A stretch of 64,000 nucleotides of DNA from a virus. Positions 17,458 to 27,631 of this stretch are shown here, piece by piece; the stretch's first letter is position 1; every line of letters begins with the position of its first letter. Made by a program: the position numbers and the translations under genes. Below the pieces are notes generated by a model that was given only the letters and a program-made list of their open reading frames with translations, made no database searches and was not told the origin of the DNA. The stretch covers positions 1-64,000 of IMG/VR virus record IMGVR_UViG_3300016472_001104; one strand, written 5' to 3'.

Positions 17458-20400
17458 ATGGCACAGCTCAAATTTGGAAGCGCAGGCGTAACTACTAGAG
17501 AAATTGATATCACAGGTCCAGTCGAGGTTGCTCCAACAGGCATTCCGGCAGGAATTATTGGTACATCGGTTAAGGGACCGGCATTTGTTCCCTTAACATA
17601 TGGTACTCTTAGTGATTTCTTCGCAAAATTTGGTCAAAGCGATTCAAAGAAGTTTGGTCCTCTCGCAGTGTCTGAGTGGATGAGAAGGGCAACTTCTGTT
17701 ACTTATCTCAGGGTTTTAGGTGTTGGTGATGGTAAAAAGCGAGTGAGCGCTGGAACAAATTCCGGTGATGTAACCAGTGCAGGATTTACTGTCGGTGAAA
17801 AGTTACCGGGAACAGCTGGGATTTTATCATCAAATCCTTATGCAAATTCTGAAGGTGTTCTTGGAAGAACTTATTTCCTCGGATGCTTCATGTCAGAATC
17901 TGTTGGGTCTACGGTTTTCAGTGATGCAGGTCTACAAGGCCCAGGAAATGCGGGTGGACTTTCTGCAACATCTGCAATACCTCTCGTTCGTGGCGTATTA
18001 ATGGTTCCGTCTGGCGTTGTCATGCGTCTTTCTGCTTCAGCGGCTGGGCTTGATTCAAGCTCTCCATCTTCTACACTTGTCGGTTCTGACGCCGTGGCAA
18101 AGGGAACTTCTCTTGGTTCACTTGTTCTTTCTTCAAACAACGTTTCAAAGCAAGAATTTACCCTTCTTTTAAACGGTCATAAAGGAACCGATGCATTATA
18201 TCCAAATGTTTTAACAGCATCATTTGATGTAACTTCAGCCAATTACATCAGCAAGGTTCTTAATACTGATCCATACAAAATTCAGGAAGCAGGTCACTAC
18301 CTTGCGGCACATTGGGACATTCACCCAACGCTGGCTGTTGTAACTGGCTCCGGCGCAGTGACAGAAGCACCGGTTAACGGAAGTGAAAGATCGGTCTTCC
18401 TTCTTACGTCTTCTTTGTCAAGAGATGCCGGATCGTCAACCGTACCAAATTTTGAAGGATTTAGGAACAGATTTAGTAATGCTAAATCTCCATGGATTAT
18501 ATCACAAAAGTTCGGTGGAGCTCCTGTAAACTTATTTAAGCTTCATGCGTTGGATTCCGGCGCTGGTGTTTCAAATAAATTCAAGGTTTCAATTTATAAC
18601 CTTGTACCATCTACGGATCCAATGAATAGGTACGGTTCATTCAGCATCGGTATTCGAAGCATGACAGATACTGACATTGATCCGAAGTTCCTTGAACGTT
18701 GGGAAGGTGTCAACCTTGATCCATCATCTGATCGTTACGTTGCAAAGGTACTTGGTGACGTTAATGCATATTACGATTTTGATCGTGATGATGCTGCACA
18801 AAAGCTCGTGATTGAAGGAAACTATTCACTAAGATCACGATACGTTAGGGTTGAAGTTTCAGATGCAGTGATCAATCAATCGGTTGATGCATCTGCACTT
18901 CCAATGGGATTCAGGGGAATTAGCCATCTTGTTACGTCTGGTTCTGCACCTCTTGCTCCCCTTGGTGGTGTTGATTCTGCTGCGCTAGCAAGTGCTGGAT
19001 TTATAAGAAACACTGTTGAACCACCTCTACAATTTAGGAATCACCTAAACGATGGATCTGGATTACAGGTTCAAGTTAACTCCCGTTATCATTGGGGCGC
19101 TAAGTTTGAACACATCACAAGTCTAAATGAGCAGAACAGTTCTGTTCTACAAGACAAGTCTTTCAACAGTTTCACAAAGTATTTCCCAGATCACTCGACT
19201 GTGAATATGAATTTTGTTGTCGGCGATAACTCCGGACAAGCAGACACTGCTGCAAATGGAATTCTAGATGCAGACAGGTTCTGTAACAATCTTTTCACCT
19301 TAGAAAACATCAAGATACTAACTGGTTCTAATGGAACAGTAGCACAAAATGATGATTGGAAACACGCTGTTTATGTAAGAAAAGGTAATATTACAACCGA
19401 TGCCTCTGCAAAGACAAGAGCAGTGAATGTAAGCGATCTTAATGTTTCACAGAATCGTAAGTTCCTCAAATTCTCTTTCATACTTCAAGGAGGATTTGAT
19501 GGAGTGAATATCTTTGATCAAAATGAAGCTGAGATCAACAACACGGCTGTCGTTGCAGACATGAACGATTCTAATCGTGGTCTAACAAGCGGTCCAAACG
19601 TATCATCTTACATCAAGGCACTTGATGTTATGAGGAACACGACAAACGTTGACATTCAACTCCTTGCAATCCCGGGAATTCGATGTCCAGCCGTTACTGA
19701 TGAAGCAATCAGGGCGACCGAAGAACGATTTGATGCGCTATACATCATGGATGTTGAGCAGGTAGATAAAGATGGAAACCTAATCAGCATAACATCAAAT
19801 GTCAAGCCGTCTGTTTCAGAGACTGTGACACAACACAGGAATCGTAGTTTGAACACGTCATTTGCTGCGGCGTACTTCCCAGACGTTTTGATGAAGGATC
19901 CAACACTACAATCCAACACGGTTGTTGTTCCTCCCTCTGTCGTCGTTATGGGTGCTCTAGCGTTGAATGACTCTCTTGGTTATCCGTGGTTTGCTCCGGC
20001 TGGTATGACGCGAGGTGAATTACCGACGACCCTTGAGACAAGCATTCAGCTCAAGGATTCTGACCTTGACTCACTTTACGATGATGACATCAATCCGATC
20101 TATTCACCATCGGCGGCGAGAAGCGGATTGAATCCAGCTGGTGGTGTCGTTGTTTGGGGTCAAAAGACACTGCTTCAGACTGCATCTGCACTTGATAGAA
20201 TCAACGTCAGAAGACTTCTTATTGATGTACGTCGTCAGGTTCGTGAAATTGCGCAAACAATTCTCTTTGAGCCCAACCGCGAAGCAACCCTTGCCAAGTT
20301 CTCTGCAGCTGTTACCCCACGACTTCAAAGAATCCAGGCCCTTGCTGGTCTTGAAAGGTTTAGGGTCATCATTGATTCCTCTACGACTACACAGGCAGAC

Positions 20401-20508
20401 GTCGAGAACAACACGATCCGCGGAAAGATCTTCTTGCAACCGACCAAGACAATTGAGTTCGTATCCTTGGACTTCGTTGTGGCCAACAACCTTCAACAGG
20501 TTCAATAA
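17458..20508 (+). CDS. Contractile tail sheath protein 2
   Basis: Same sheath motifs: KGPAFVP, PWFAPAG, WGQKTL, LDRINVRRLL, FEPN, PTKTIEFV. Confidence 0.93.
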   Translation: MAQLKFGSAGVTTREIDITGPVEVAPTGIPAGIIGTSVKGPAFVPLTYGTLSDFFAKFGQSDSKKFGPLAVSEWMRRATSVTYLRVLGVGDGKKRVSAGTNSGDVTSAGFTVGEKLPGTAGILSSNPYANSEGVLGRTYFLGCFMSESVGSTVFSDAGLQGPGNAGGLSATSAIPLVRGVLMVPSGVVMRLSASAAGLDSSSPSSTLVGSDAVAKGTSLGSLVLSSNNVSKQEFTLLLNGHKGTDALYPNVLTASFDVTSANYISKVLNTDPYKIQEAGHYLAAHWDIHPTLAVVTGSGAVTEAPVNGSERSVFLLTSSLSRDAGSSTVPNFEGFRNRFSNAKSPWIISQKFGGAPVNLFKLHALDSGAGVSNKFKVSIYNLVPSTDPMNRYGSFSIGIRSMTDTDIDPKFLERWEGVNLDPSSDRYVAKVLGDVNAYYDFDRDDAAQKLVIEGNYSLRSRYVRVEVSDAVINQSVDASALPMGFRGISHLVTSGSAPLAPLGGVDSAALASAGFIRNTVEPPLQFRNHLNDGSGLQVQVNSRYHWGAKFEHITSLNEQNSSVLQDKSFNSFTKYFPDHSTVNMNFVVGDNSGQADTAANGILDADRFCNNLFTLENIKILTGSNGTVAQNDDWKHAVYVRKGNITTDASAKTRAVNVSDLNVSQNRKFLKFSFILQGGFDGVNIFDQNEAEINNTAVVADMNDSNRGLTSGPNVSSYIKALDVMRNTTNVDIQLLAIPGIRCPAVTDEAIRATEERFDALYIMDVEQVDKDGNLISITSNVKPSVSETVTQHRNRSLNTSFAAAYFPDVLMKDPTLQSNTVVVPPSVVVMGALALNDSLGYPWFAPAGMTRGELPTTLETSIQLKDSDLDSLYDDDINPIYSPSAARSGLNPAGGVVVWGQKTLLQTASALDRINVRRLLIDVRRQVREIAQTILFEPNREATLAKFSAAVTPRLQRIQALAGLERFRVIIDSSTTTQADVENNTIRGKIFLQPTKTIEFVSLDFVVANNLQQVQ

Positions 20509-20562
20509 AACAAATCGATTAAATTAAAACAATGGTTTTAGTTTATCAATAATCGATAATTT

Positions 20563-20595
20563 TTAAGGGCTTCTTATGAGGCCCTTAATTATTTG
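20563..20595 (+). terminator. Intrinsic terminator between sheath 2 and sheath 3
   Basis: TTAAGGGCTTC-TTAT-GAGGCCCTTAA then TTATTT. Confidence 0.6.
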
Positions 20596-20641
20596 TATTG
20601 ATATTTGTTTCATTTATGGGTCTCATAGATTAAAAGATCAC

Positions 20642-20649
20642 ATAGTTAT
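20642..20649 (+). promoter_or_regulatory. ATANTTAW putative late promoter
   Basis: ATAGTTAT upstream of sheath 3. Confidence 0.5.
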
Positions 20650-20672
20650 TGAACGAAAAGAAGTTTTTATAG

Positions 20673-23600
20673 ATGTCACAGGTCAAATATAAAAGTGCTG
20701 GTGTTTCAGCGAAAAGTGCTGGTTTAACTGGTACAACACCCACAGTTTCACCAACAGTTCCACCCGCCTTGGTGATTGGTACGTCTCGTAAAGGACCAGC
20801 GTTTGTGCCGATTTCTTTTTCTAGCGTTAAAGACTTTAACGAAAGATTCGGTGATGCTTATGTAAGTGGGTCTGTAATCACACCATACGATAGATTGACT
20901 AGTTATGGACCTCTTGCGGTAGAAGAATGGTTAAGAAACTCAACGTCAGTTACTTTCATGAGGGTTCTTGGCACCGGAGATGGAAAAAAACGCGTTAGTT
21001 CTGGCGTAAACACTGGCGATGTTACTGGTGCTGGATTCACCGTTGGCGAACAACAACCAGATCATTCAAACTCTTTGGGAATGTTGTCTTCAAATCCATA
21101 CGCTAACTCAGGCGGCGTCCCGGGTAGGACATATTTTCTTGGTTGCTTCATGTCTGAATCTGCGGGATCAACAATATTCAACTCTGCTGGCCTTCAAGGA
21201 ACCGGAAGCGTCAATGGAATCGGTGGAAGCACGTCTGTTCCTGTGATTAGAGGAATATTAATGGCGCCATCGGGCGTTGTTTTGAGGTTATCATCTTCTG
21301 GTGGAGGAATCGATTCATCTTCGCCTTCATCAACGTTGGTTGCATCAGATACCACATCTAAAGGCACGACGTTGGGTTCTGTGCAACTATTTGATAGTTC
21401 TAATGGAAAACAGTTACAACAATTTGTGATGCTTTTAAACGGTCACAAGGGCTCTGGCGATTATCCAAATGTAATAACTGCATCATTTGATATTCAGTCA
21501 CCTCTGTATATAACGAAGGTTTTTAACCTCACAGCATCATTGATGCAAATTGCAGGTCACTATCTTGATGCAAATTGGGACATACACCCAGTTACTGCAA
21601 TCCTCACTGGAACGGGAGTCGTTTCATCAGGTGCCGATGTCCCATCAGATTCTCAAAGAGAATATTCAACAGAAAGATCAGTTTTCTTAATAACCTCATC
21701 GTTGTCAAGAGACGTAGGAAGCTCAACTGTTCCAAACTATGAATCCTTTAGGGATAGGTTTTCTTACGCAGTCTCTCCATGGATTATTTCTCAAAGGTTT
21801 CATGGAAAACCAATAAATCTTTTCAGGTTACACGCGCTAGATGCAGGTTCTGAAGTTTCTCGCAGATACAAATTTGTGATCAGCAACATAACCCCTGCCG
21901 AAGTAAGCGGCGATAATGATTATAGATACGGAACATTTGACATATCGATTCGAAATTCTGATGATTTTGAAGAAATCATGCCACCCCTTGAAAGGTATCT
22001 TGGCGTCAGCCTAGATCCATCATCTGAAACCTATATTTCAAAAATCATAGGTGACAGGAATGATTTTTTTGACTTTGATAGACCCGAAAGCGATCAAAGG
22101 TTAGTGGTTGAAGGAAATTATCCAAACCTTTCAAGGTATGTCAGGGTGGAGGTTTCTGATGACGTTGAAAACAAATCAACCCCTCCAGAATCACTTCCTT
22201 TAGGATTTAGAGGAATGGCTCACATTGTCACGTCAGGATCAATGCCGCTAGCTCCCTTGGGAGGCAGTGATGCAGCATCTTTGCTAAATTCAAATTTTTT
22301 AAGAAATTCAATCGTTCCACCTGTCCCGTTTACAAACAACATAGTCGTCAATTCAGGTAATTCAGCAAAAATTCCATCGAATGTTAGAAGATGGGGAATT
22401 AAACTAGATCACATAGATGATCTAAGTGAGCAAAACAAAGGTTTCTTTCTAAACGACTCTATAAGATCATTTGTTAAACATTATCCCAATCACTCAGTGA
22501 ATAATGTAAATTTTTCTGTTTCAAATAACGAAGGTGCATCTGACACGACGCAGCTCGGAATCATAGACGCAGATAGGTTCTGCAATAACTTATTTACGTT
22601 AGAAAACGTAAAGGTTTTAACAGATATCAACGATAAAATTCCGCAGAAAAATTGGATTCATGCATCATACGTAAGAAACGGTTCCATAGAAAATAACGTT
22701 TCAGAAAACACAAGAAGGCTTCAAATATCAGATTTCACAAATGCAAATAGCGCTTACTTATCGTTTCAATTCATGTTACAAGGTGGATTTGACGGCGTCA
22801 ATATTTTTGAAACAAACGAATTTAACATATCAAATACATCATGTGTAGCTGATATGATAGATCCTCAAAGAGGAAAACTTCAAGGTCCGTCTGTCTCTTC
22901 GTACCTTACTGCTTTAAAAATTGCTAGCGAAACATCTGCAATTGACATGCAGATCTTGACAGTTCCTGGAATCAGAGAACCTGCGGTGACTGATCGTGCC
23001 GCAGAGGTCGTAGAAACCCGTATCGATTCTCTCTATGTGATGGACATTGAACAGGTTGATGAAAACGACAACCTAATGGATATTTCAAGAACGTTAGCAT
23101 ATACAACGTCATCATTGCCATCGATCGAAAAAACCTTAAATAGGTTTACGACCAGATCAGTCAATTCATCATATGTCGCATCATATTTTCCAGATGTTGC
23201 TCTACAGCTTGATTATCAAAAACACCGATTAGAATACGTTGAGGTACCACCTTCTGTCGTTGTTCTTGGAGCAATGTCATTAAATGATTCTTTAGGACAA
23301 CCTTGGTTCGCTCCGGCTGGTGTCAGTCGCGGCGCGCTAACGACAACTTTATCTACTACGGTAAAATTAAAAGAACCTGATTTAGATTCATTATATTCAA
23401 ATGGTCTTAATCCTTTATGGACGCCTCAAAGTGTTAGCGGGGAAGGTAGCGGTGTTGTGATATGGGGACAAAAGACGCTCGCTAACCAAACATCTTTATT
23501 TTCTAGGATAAGCGTAAGAAGATTATTGCTGGAAATTAGAAGACAGGCTCGAGATGTGGCGACAAGGTTGTTGTTCGAGTCTAATAGAAATAATGTCATT

Positions 23601-23813
23601 TCAAGGTTTAATACTGAAATGTCGGGCAGGCTCTCCAGGATTAGATCTTTATTGGGTGTCGAAAGTTATAGAATAAACGTTGACGTGTCTACTTCAACCC
23701 AATCAGATGTTGATAACGGAACCCTTAGAGGAAAAATTTACATTGTTCCAAAAGATACAACGCAATTTGTTTCTGTTGATTTCATCGTTTCAAACAAACC
23801 AGGCAACCAGTGA
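20673..23813 (+). CDS. Contractile tail sheath protein 3 (paralog of sheath 2)
   Basis: Collinear with sheath 2 (GRTYFLGCFMSES, ADRFCNNLFTLEN, PWFAPAG, WGQKTL, SVRRLL). Confidence 0.9.
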   Translation: MSQVKYKSAGVSAKSAGLTGTTPTVSPTVPPALVIGTSRKGPAFVPISFSSVKDFNERFGDAYVSGSVITPYDRLTSYGPLAVEEWLRNSTSVTFMRVLGTGDGKKRVSSGVNTGDVTGAGFTVGEQQPDHSNSLGMLSSNPYANSGGVPGRTYFLGCFMSESAGSTIFNSAGLQGTGSVNGIGGSTSVPVIRGILMAPSGVVLRLSSSGGGIDSSSPSSTLVASDTTSKGTTLGSVQLFDSSNGKQLQQFVMLLNGHKGSGDYPNVITASFDIQSPLYITKVFNLTASLMQIAGHYLDANWDIHPVTAILTGTGVVSSGADVPSDSQREYSTERSVFLITSSLSRDVGSSTVPNYESFRDRFSYAVSPWIISQRFHGKPINLFRLHALDAGSEVSRRYKFVISNITPAEVSGDNDYRYGTFDISIRNSDDFEEIMPPLERYLGVSLDPSSETYISKIIGDRNDFFDFDRPESDQRLVVEGNYPNLSRYVRVEVSDDVENKSTPPESLPLGFRGMAHIVTSGSMPLAPLGGSDAASLLNSNFLRNSIVPPVPFTNNIVVNSGNSAKIPSNVRRWGIKLDHIDDLSEQNKGFFLNDSIRSFVKHYPNHSVNNVNFSVSNNEGASDTTQLGIIDADRFCNNLFTLENVKVLTDINDKIPQKNWIHASYVRNGSIENNVSENTRRLQISDFTNANSAYLSFQFMLQGGFDGVNIFETNEFNISNTSCVADMIDPQRGKLQGPSVSSYLTALKIASETSAIDMQILTVPGIREPAVTDRAAEVVETRIDSLYVMDIEQVDENDNLMDISRTLAYTTSSLPSIEKTLNRFTTRSVNSSYVASYFPDVALQLDYQKHRLEYVEVPPSVVVLGAMSLNDSLGQPWFAPAGVSRGALTTTLSTTVKLKEPDLDSLYSNGLNPLWTPQSVSGEGSGVVIWGQKTLANQTSLFSRISVRRLLLEIRRQARDVATRLLFESNRNNVISRFNTEMSGRLSRIRSLLGVESYRINVDVSTSTQSDVDNGTLRGKIYIVPKDTTQFVSVDFIVSNKPGNQ

Positions 23814-23845
23814 TATAAATTTTTTTGATTAATCTTCACTTATGA

Positions 23846-23853
23846 ATAATTAT
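23846..23853 (+). promoter_or_regulatory. ATANTTAW putative late promoter
   Basis: ATAATTAT upstream of the tube gene, which has an AGGAG SD. Confidence 0.45.
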
Positions 23854-23882
23854 GTTAGCTACATTAGCAGGAGAAACCGACA

Positions 23883-24371
23883 ATGGCCGAAACTCTTGAC
23901 GTTACGTCAATGATTCCAAACAAGTTTGAACCCAAACGCAAGAACCGTTGGGTGTTAATGATTGAAGGCATCGACGCCTACATCGTCAAAACTGTGACTC
24001 GTCCTCAGATCACAACTGAAGAAGTTCCGGTGCCGTTCATCAATTCTACCCGTTACCTCGCAGGCAAGACAACGTTCAGCCAGATGAACGTGACTCTACA
24101 CGATCCAATCGCCCCATCTGGCGCGCAACAGGTCATGGAGTGGATTCGACTCCACTTTGAGTCTGTTTCAGGTCGTTCTGGTTATGCCGACTTCTACAAG
24201 CGTGATATTCAGCTTAAGATGTTAGATCCAGTTGGTACCGTTGTAGAATTATGGGACATCAAGGGTGCATTCATCACGGATGCAAACTTCAATGAAGTCA
24301 CATATGAAGACGGAGCGCCGGTTGAAATTGCTCTAACTCTTCGTTACGACAATTGCGTATTGCAATACTGA
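23883..24371 (+). CDS. Tail tube protein (T4 gp19-like)
   Basis: FEPKRKNRW, YLAGK..F, EW, YKRDIQLKMLDPVG.VVELW.IKGAF, LTLRYD. Confidence 0.9.
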   Translation: MAETLDVTSMIPNKFEPKRKNRWVLMIEGIDAYIVKTVTRPQITTEEVPVPFINSTRYLAGKTTFSQMNVTLHDPIAPSGAQQVMEWIRLHFESVSGRSGYADFYKRDIQLKMLDPVGTVVELWDIKGAFITDANFNEVTYEDGAPVEIALTLRYDNCVLQY

Positions 24372-24393
24372 TTCCCACTGGATTATACAACTT

Positions 24394-24427
24394 TATGGGT
24401 CACGATATATTTATATCGTGACCTATA
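24394..24427 (+). promoter_or_regulatory. Hairpin covering the endonuclease start codon and containing ATATTTAT
   Basis: GGTCACGATATA-TT-TATATCGTGACC; GTG 24418 lies in the 3' arm. Confidence 0.6.
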
Positions 24428-26076
24428 CTCGTATTAAGTGCTCGAAGTGTGATGAAACCTTTGGTCAAGAATCAAGATTTCTTGATCATTTGACAGAAAT
24501 ACATGATATTGAAAATCACCTAAAACATTACATTGATGTCCATTTTGGGGGAATACATCCAACATGTTCTTGCAGCGAAGGATGCAAAGAGAAATTAAAT
24601 TGGGCGGGATGGAAGAAAGGTTTCACTTCAAAGTATGTTAGGGGGCATAATGCAAGAGTTGATTCTGTTTATTTAAACCCAGACAAACAGAATGAATTTG
24701 CTAAGAAAAGATCTGAAGGATACAGGCGGGGAAAATATTCTGTTTGGAATTCTGGGTTAACGAAGCAATCTTCTGATAAGGTTGCGATGATGAGTGAGAA
24801 GATATCTGCGACCTTAAAAGAAGGTTACGATACAGGAAAGATAGTTGATTGGCATTCATTAAATCCAGAAAAATCAATTCAGGTTGCCAAAAAAGTTTCT
24901 GAGACAAAGAAGCGGATGTATGCCTCAGGAGAGCTTATACCATGGAATCTTGGACTTACGAAGGACGTGAATAATTCTTTATTAAAGTCATCAATTTCCA
25001 TAAGCGAGAATTATAAAAATAATCTTGATGCATCTGCAAAGAGATTGTCACCTGATGAAGTTGAATCTAGGGTAAATGAAACTGGAATATTTGATCTGTT
25101 GTCAAATCCAAAAGAATATCGAAACAAATATCAAAAGTTACGATTGAGGTGTAAAAACTGTCAATCAATTCAACTAAAAAGTATGATGATGATAGAGGCA
25201 ACACCGGTATGCCATGTATGTCATCCTAAGGAATCAAAGGGCCAGTTAGAAATACTCAATTTTGTTAGATCTCTTGGGATTGATGCAATTTCTAATGATC
25301 GTTGTATCATTTCTCCGTTAGAAATAGACGTTCTCATACAATCAAATCGTCTTGCAATTGAATACAATGGACTGTATTGGCACTCATCCGCAAGAATTTT
25401 GGACAAAGATTATCACGAAAAAAAGAGGTTGTCTACGATCAATGCTGGGTATCGTTTTTTAGGAATATATGAAGATGAATGGAGAGATAAGCGAAACATC
25501 GTTGAAGGAATGATTCGTCATAGATTGGGTAAATCTATAGAGGCATATGATGCAAGATCACTAAAAATCGAAAAAATAGATTCAAAAACATCGAATTTTT
25601 TCTTTGAAAGATCTCACCTTGAAGGTTCAACAAAGAACATTGTTACATTTGGACTTGTTGATGGAAAAGGTGTTGTTCATGCGGCAATGTCATTACGCAA
25701 ACCATTTCATGTATCGAAATCTTCCAGGCTAGAGGTCGCTAGATCTGCAATGCTTCCTGGGATTTCCGTCAGGGGTTGGATTGGTAAATTAACAAAAGAA
25801 TCATTAAAGTATTCAAAGAACAATGGATATGAAGGTTTGATGACGTATGTAGATTCCAGGGTTGGAAATGGAATTGGGTACACGTCTTCTAAAATTTGGA
25901 ATCTTGAAAAAGCAAGCACTGGTCCTAGATTCTGGTGGACCGACTTTGAAAATCGATTTAATAGATTCAAGTATAAGGCGGACAAAAAAGCAGGATTATC
26001 TCAAACAGAGGTTGCACTGAATGCAGGTGTTTCTGAAATTTGGGGTTGCAGTAACTCTTTACTGATTTCTAAGTGA
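24418..26076 (+). CDS. Free-standing Hef-like homing endonuclease (Zn finger, NUMOD-like repeats, PD-(D/E)xK domain, GNAT-like C-terminus)
   Basis: C2H2 finger, WNSGLTK/WNLGLTK repeats, SKGQLEI..F, EID...LAIEYNGLYWHS, IYEDEW, TYVDSR.G.G..Y, IWGCSN. Inserted between tube and chaperone. Confidence 0.7.
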   Translation: MTYTRIKCSKCDETFGQESRFLDHLTEIHDIENHLKHYIDVHFGGIHPTCSCSEGCKEKLNWAGWKKGFTSKYVRGHNARVDSVYLNPDKQNEFAKKRSEGYRRGKYSVWNSGLTKQSSDKVAMMSEKISATLKEGYDTGKIVDWHSLNPEKSIQVAKKVSETKKRMYASGELIPWNLGLTKDVNNSLLKSSISISENYKNNLDASAKRLSPDEVESRVNETGIFDLLSNPKEYRNKYQKLRLRCKNCQSIQLKSMMMIEATPVCHVCHPKESKGQLEILNFVRSLGIDAISNDRCIISPLEIDVLIQSNRLAIEYNGLYWHSSARILDKDYHEKKRLSTINAGYRFLGIYEDEWRDKRNIVEGMIRHRLGKSIEAYDARSLKIEKIDSKTSNFFFERSHLEGSTKNIVTFGLVDGKGVVHAAMSLRKPFHVSKSSRLEVARSAMLPGISVRGWIGKLTKESLKYSKNNGYEGLMTYVDSRVGNGIGYTSSKIWNLEKASTGPRFWWTDFENRFNRFKYKADKKAGLSQTEVALNAGVSEIWGCSNSLLISK

Positions 26077-26144
26077 TTTGTAACAAATGTAGGTTTACAT
26101 TCGTTTAGAATGATTACATAATTTAGTAAACCTACAGGAGACAC

Positions 26145-27008
26145 ATGTCAGACAACAGAGAAATTAAGAATTCAGTTTTTACAATGGGTGGATCTGGTAT
26201 TGACCCGAGGATACCTTCGGTTTCGCAAAGTGAAGCAGTAAAAGCTGATTTTGGTCTTGACATACCTTCTGAACTTGTTCCTCTTCCTTCAAACGGTCTT
26301 GTTTACCCACAAACATCCTCTCTATATGGAAAGGATTCAATCGAAATTAGACCGATGACTGCTCGTGAAGAAGACATTCTAACGTCTAGGGCCTTATTGA
26401 AAAAGGGAACAGTTTTGACGGAGCTGATCAAGTCTTGTCTCGTTGATAAGACTGTAAATCCTCTTGATCTTGTTGCTGGTGATCGTAATGCCTTGATGGT
26501 CGCGATTCGTATCACGGGATATGGTGCAGATTATACGACTGAAATTGAGTGTAACGAGTGTAGTGCAAAAAACCAGCAGGTGTTCAATCTGTCTGAACTT
26601 CCTGTAAAAAGGCTTGAGATTCAACCTGTCGTTGATGGTCAAAATCTTTTTGAGTTCCTTCTTCCTTACACAAAGAAGAAAGTCATGTTCAAATTTACCA
26701 CAGGTAGAGATGAAGAAGAGATGTCAACTCTACAAGATAAGCAGAAAAAGTTAGGTCTAAAATCCGATTCTGCAGTGACAATGGCATTACAAAACGCAAT
26801 CTTGTCGATAGATGGTATTGAAGATAGACACAAGGTCAGTAACTTTGTGAAGAACATGCCAGCAAGGGATTCGTTAGCTTTAAGAAATCATATTAGAGAA
26901 AACGAACCTGGAATCACGATGAAGCAGGAAGTTACGTGTCCTTCTTGCGGTCACTCCGAGGAGGTGAATATGCCGCTTGGTGTTAGCTTTCTTTGGCCTA
27001 CGTCCTGA
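26145..27008 (+). CDS. Tail assembly chaperone / T4 gp26-like protein
   Basis: LPSNG..YP, RPMTAREEDIL, GDRNAL..AIR..GYG, CxxC twice; lies between tube and tape measure. Confidence 0.75.
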   Translation: MSDNREIKNSVFTMGGSGIDPRIPSVSQSEAVKADFGLDIPSELVPLPSNGLVYPQTSSLYGKDSIEIRPMTAREEDILTSRALLKKGTVLTELIKSCLVDKTVNPLDLVAGDRNALMVAIRITGYGADYTTEIECNECSAKNQQVFNLSELPVKRLEIQPVVDGQNLFEFLLPYTKKKVMFKFTTGRDEEEMSTLQDKQKKLGLKSDSAVTMALQNAILSIDGIEDRHKVSNFVKNMPARDSLALRNHIRENEPGITMKQEVTCPSCGHSEEVNMPLGVSFLWPTS

Positions 27009-27261
27009 TGACAGGGAAATCCTGATCCTTGAACCGATATTCTTGTTGATGTATTATGGTGGTTTCTCTTATAGAGAGGCCTATAATATTCCTGTTTCTT
27101 ATAAGCAATGGTTTATTGCAAGATTAAATAGGGAATTAACAAGAAGCTCAGAAGAAGGATCAGGACAGTCTAGGGCTGTTCACAATAATACCCCGGAAAC
27201 TCGTGCGTTAATGGGAATGGCTAGGACAGAAACGCCAGCCAGGCTTCGTAGGTTTACATAA
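26977..27261 (+). CDS. Tail assembly chaperone C-terminal (GT-like) ORF, probably reached by frameshift
   Basis: In the +1 frame, overlapping the end of the previous ORF at TTT CTT TGG. Contains IFLLMYYGGFSYREAYNIPV..KQWFI. Confidence 0.6.
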   Translation: MVLAFFGLRPDDREILILEPIFLLMYYGGFSYREAYNIPVSYKQWFIARLNRELTRSSEEGSGQSRAVHNNTPETRALMGMARTETPARLRRFT

Positions 27262-27310
27262 AAATCACACTTTTTTGGCACATCTACTATGATTTTGTGT
27301 AGATATATGC

Positions 27311-27604
27311 ATGATGAAGACAAAAATCACCCTAAAAGATTTGTCAACTAGCGAAGAGTCTCGAAAAACCCTCTTTGAATACGTCGCAAAATGGTTGATG
27401 GGAGAAAGAGTTTCAGAGATAGAACTGGTTGGAACGTTAAATCAAGTTAACGTTTTAAAACGCGCTGTCTTGGAATCTAAAAACTTCCACAATTGTCTAT
27501 TAGAAAAAGATTCTTCTTTAAAGTCAATCACTGCATCATTTAAGTCAAGACTTGAGGCTGCAAAAAAGTTTGAAGATACTTTTCAAACACAATGGCTTCT
27601 TTGA
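27311..27604 (+). CDS. Hypothetical protein
   Basis: 97-aa ORF before the tape measure. Confidence 0.65.
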   Translation: MMKTKITLKDLSTSEESRKTLFEYVAKWLMGERVSEIELVGTLNQVNVLKRAVLESKNFHNCLLEKDSSLKSITASFKSRLEAAKKFEDTFQTQWLL

Positions 27605-27631
27605 CCCGTTCATTAAATGGAATGATCAATC

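Noticed and set aside
14374-23813. Sheath triplication as an assembly artefact
   Set aside because: The copies are substantially diverged at protein and DNA level, and each has distinct upstream signals.
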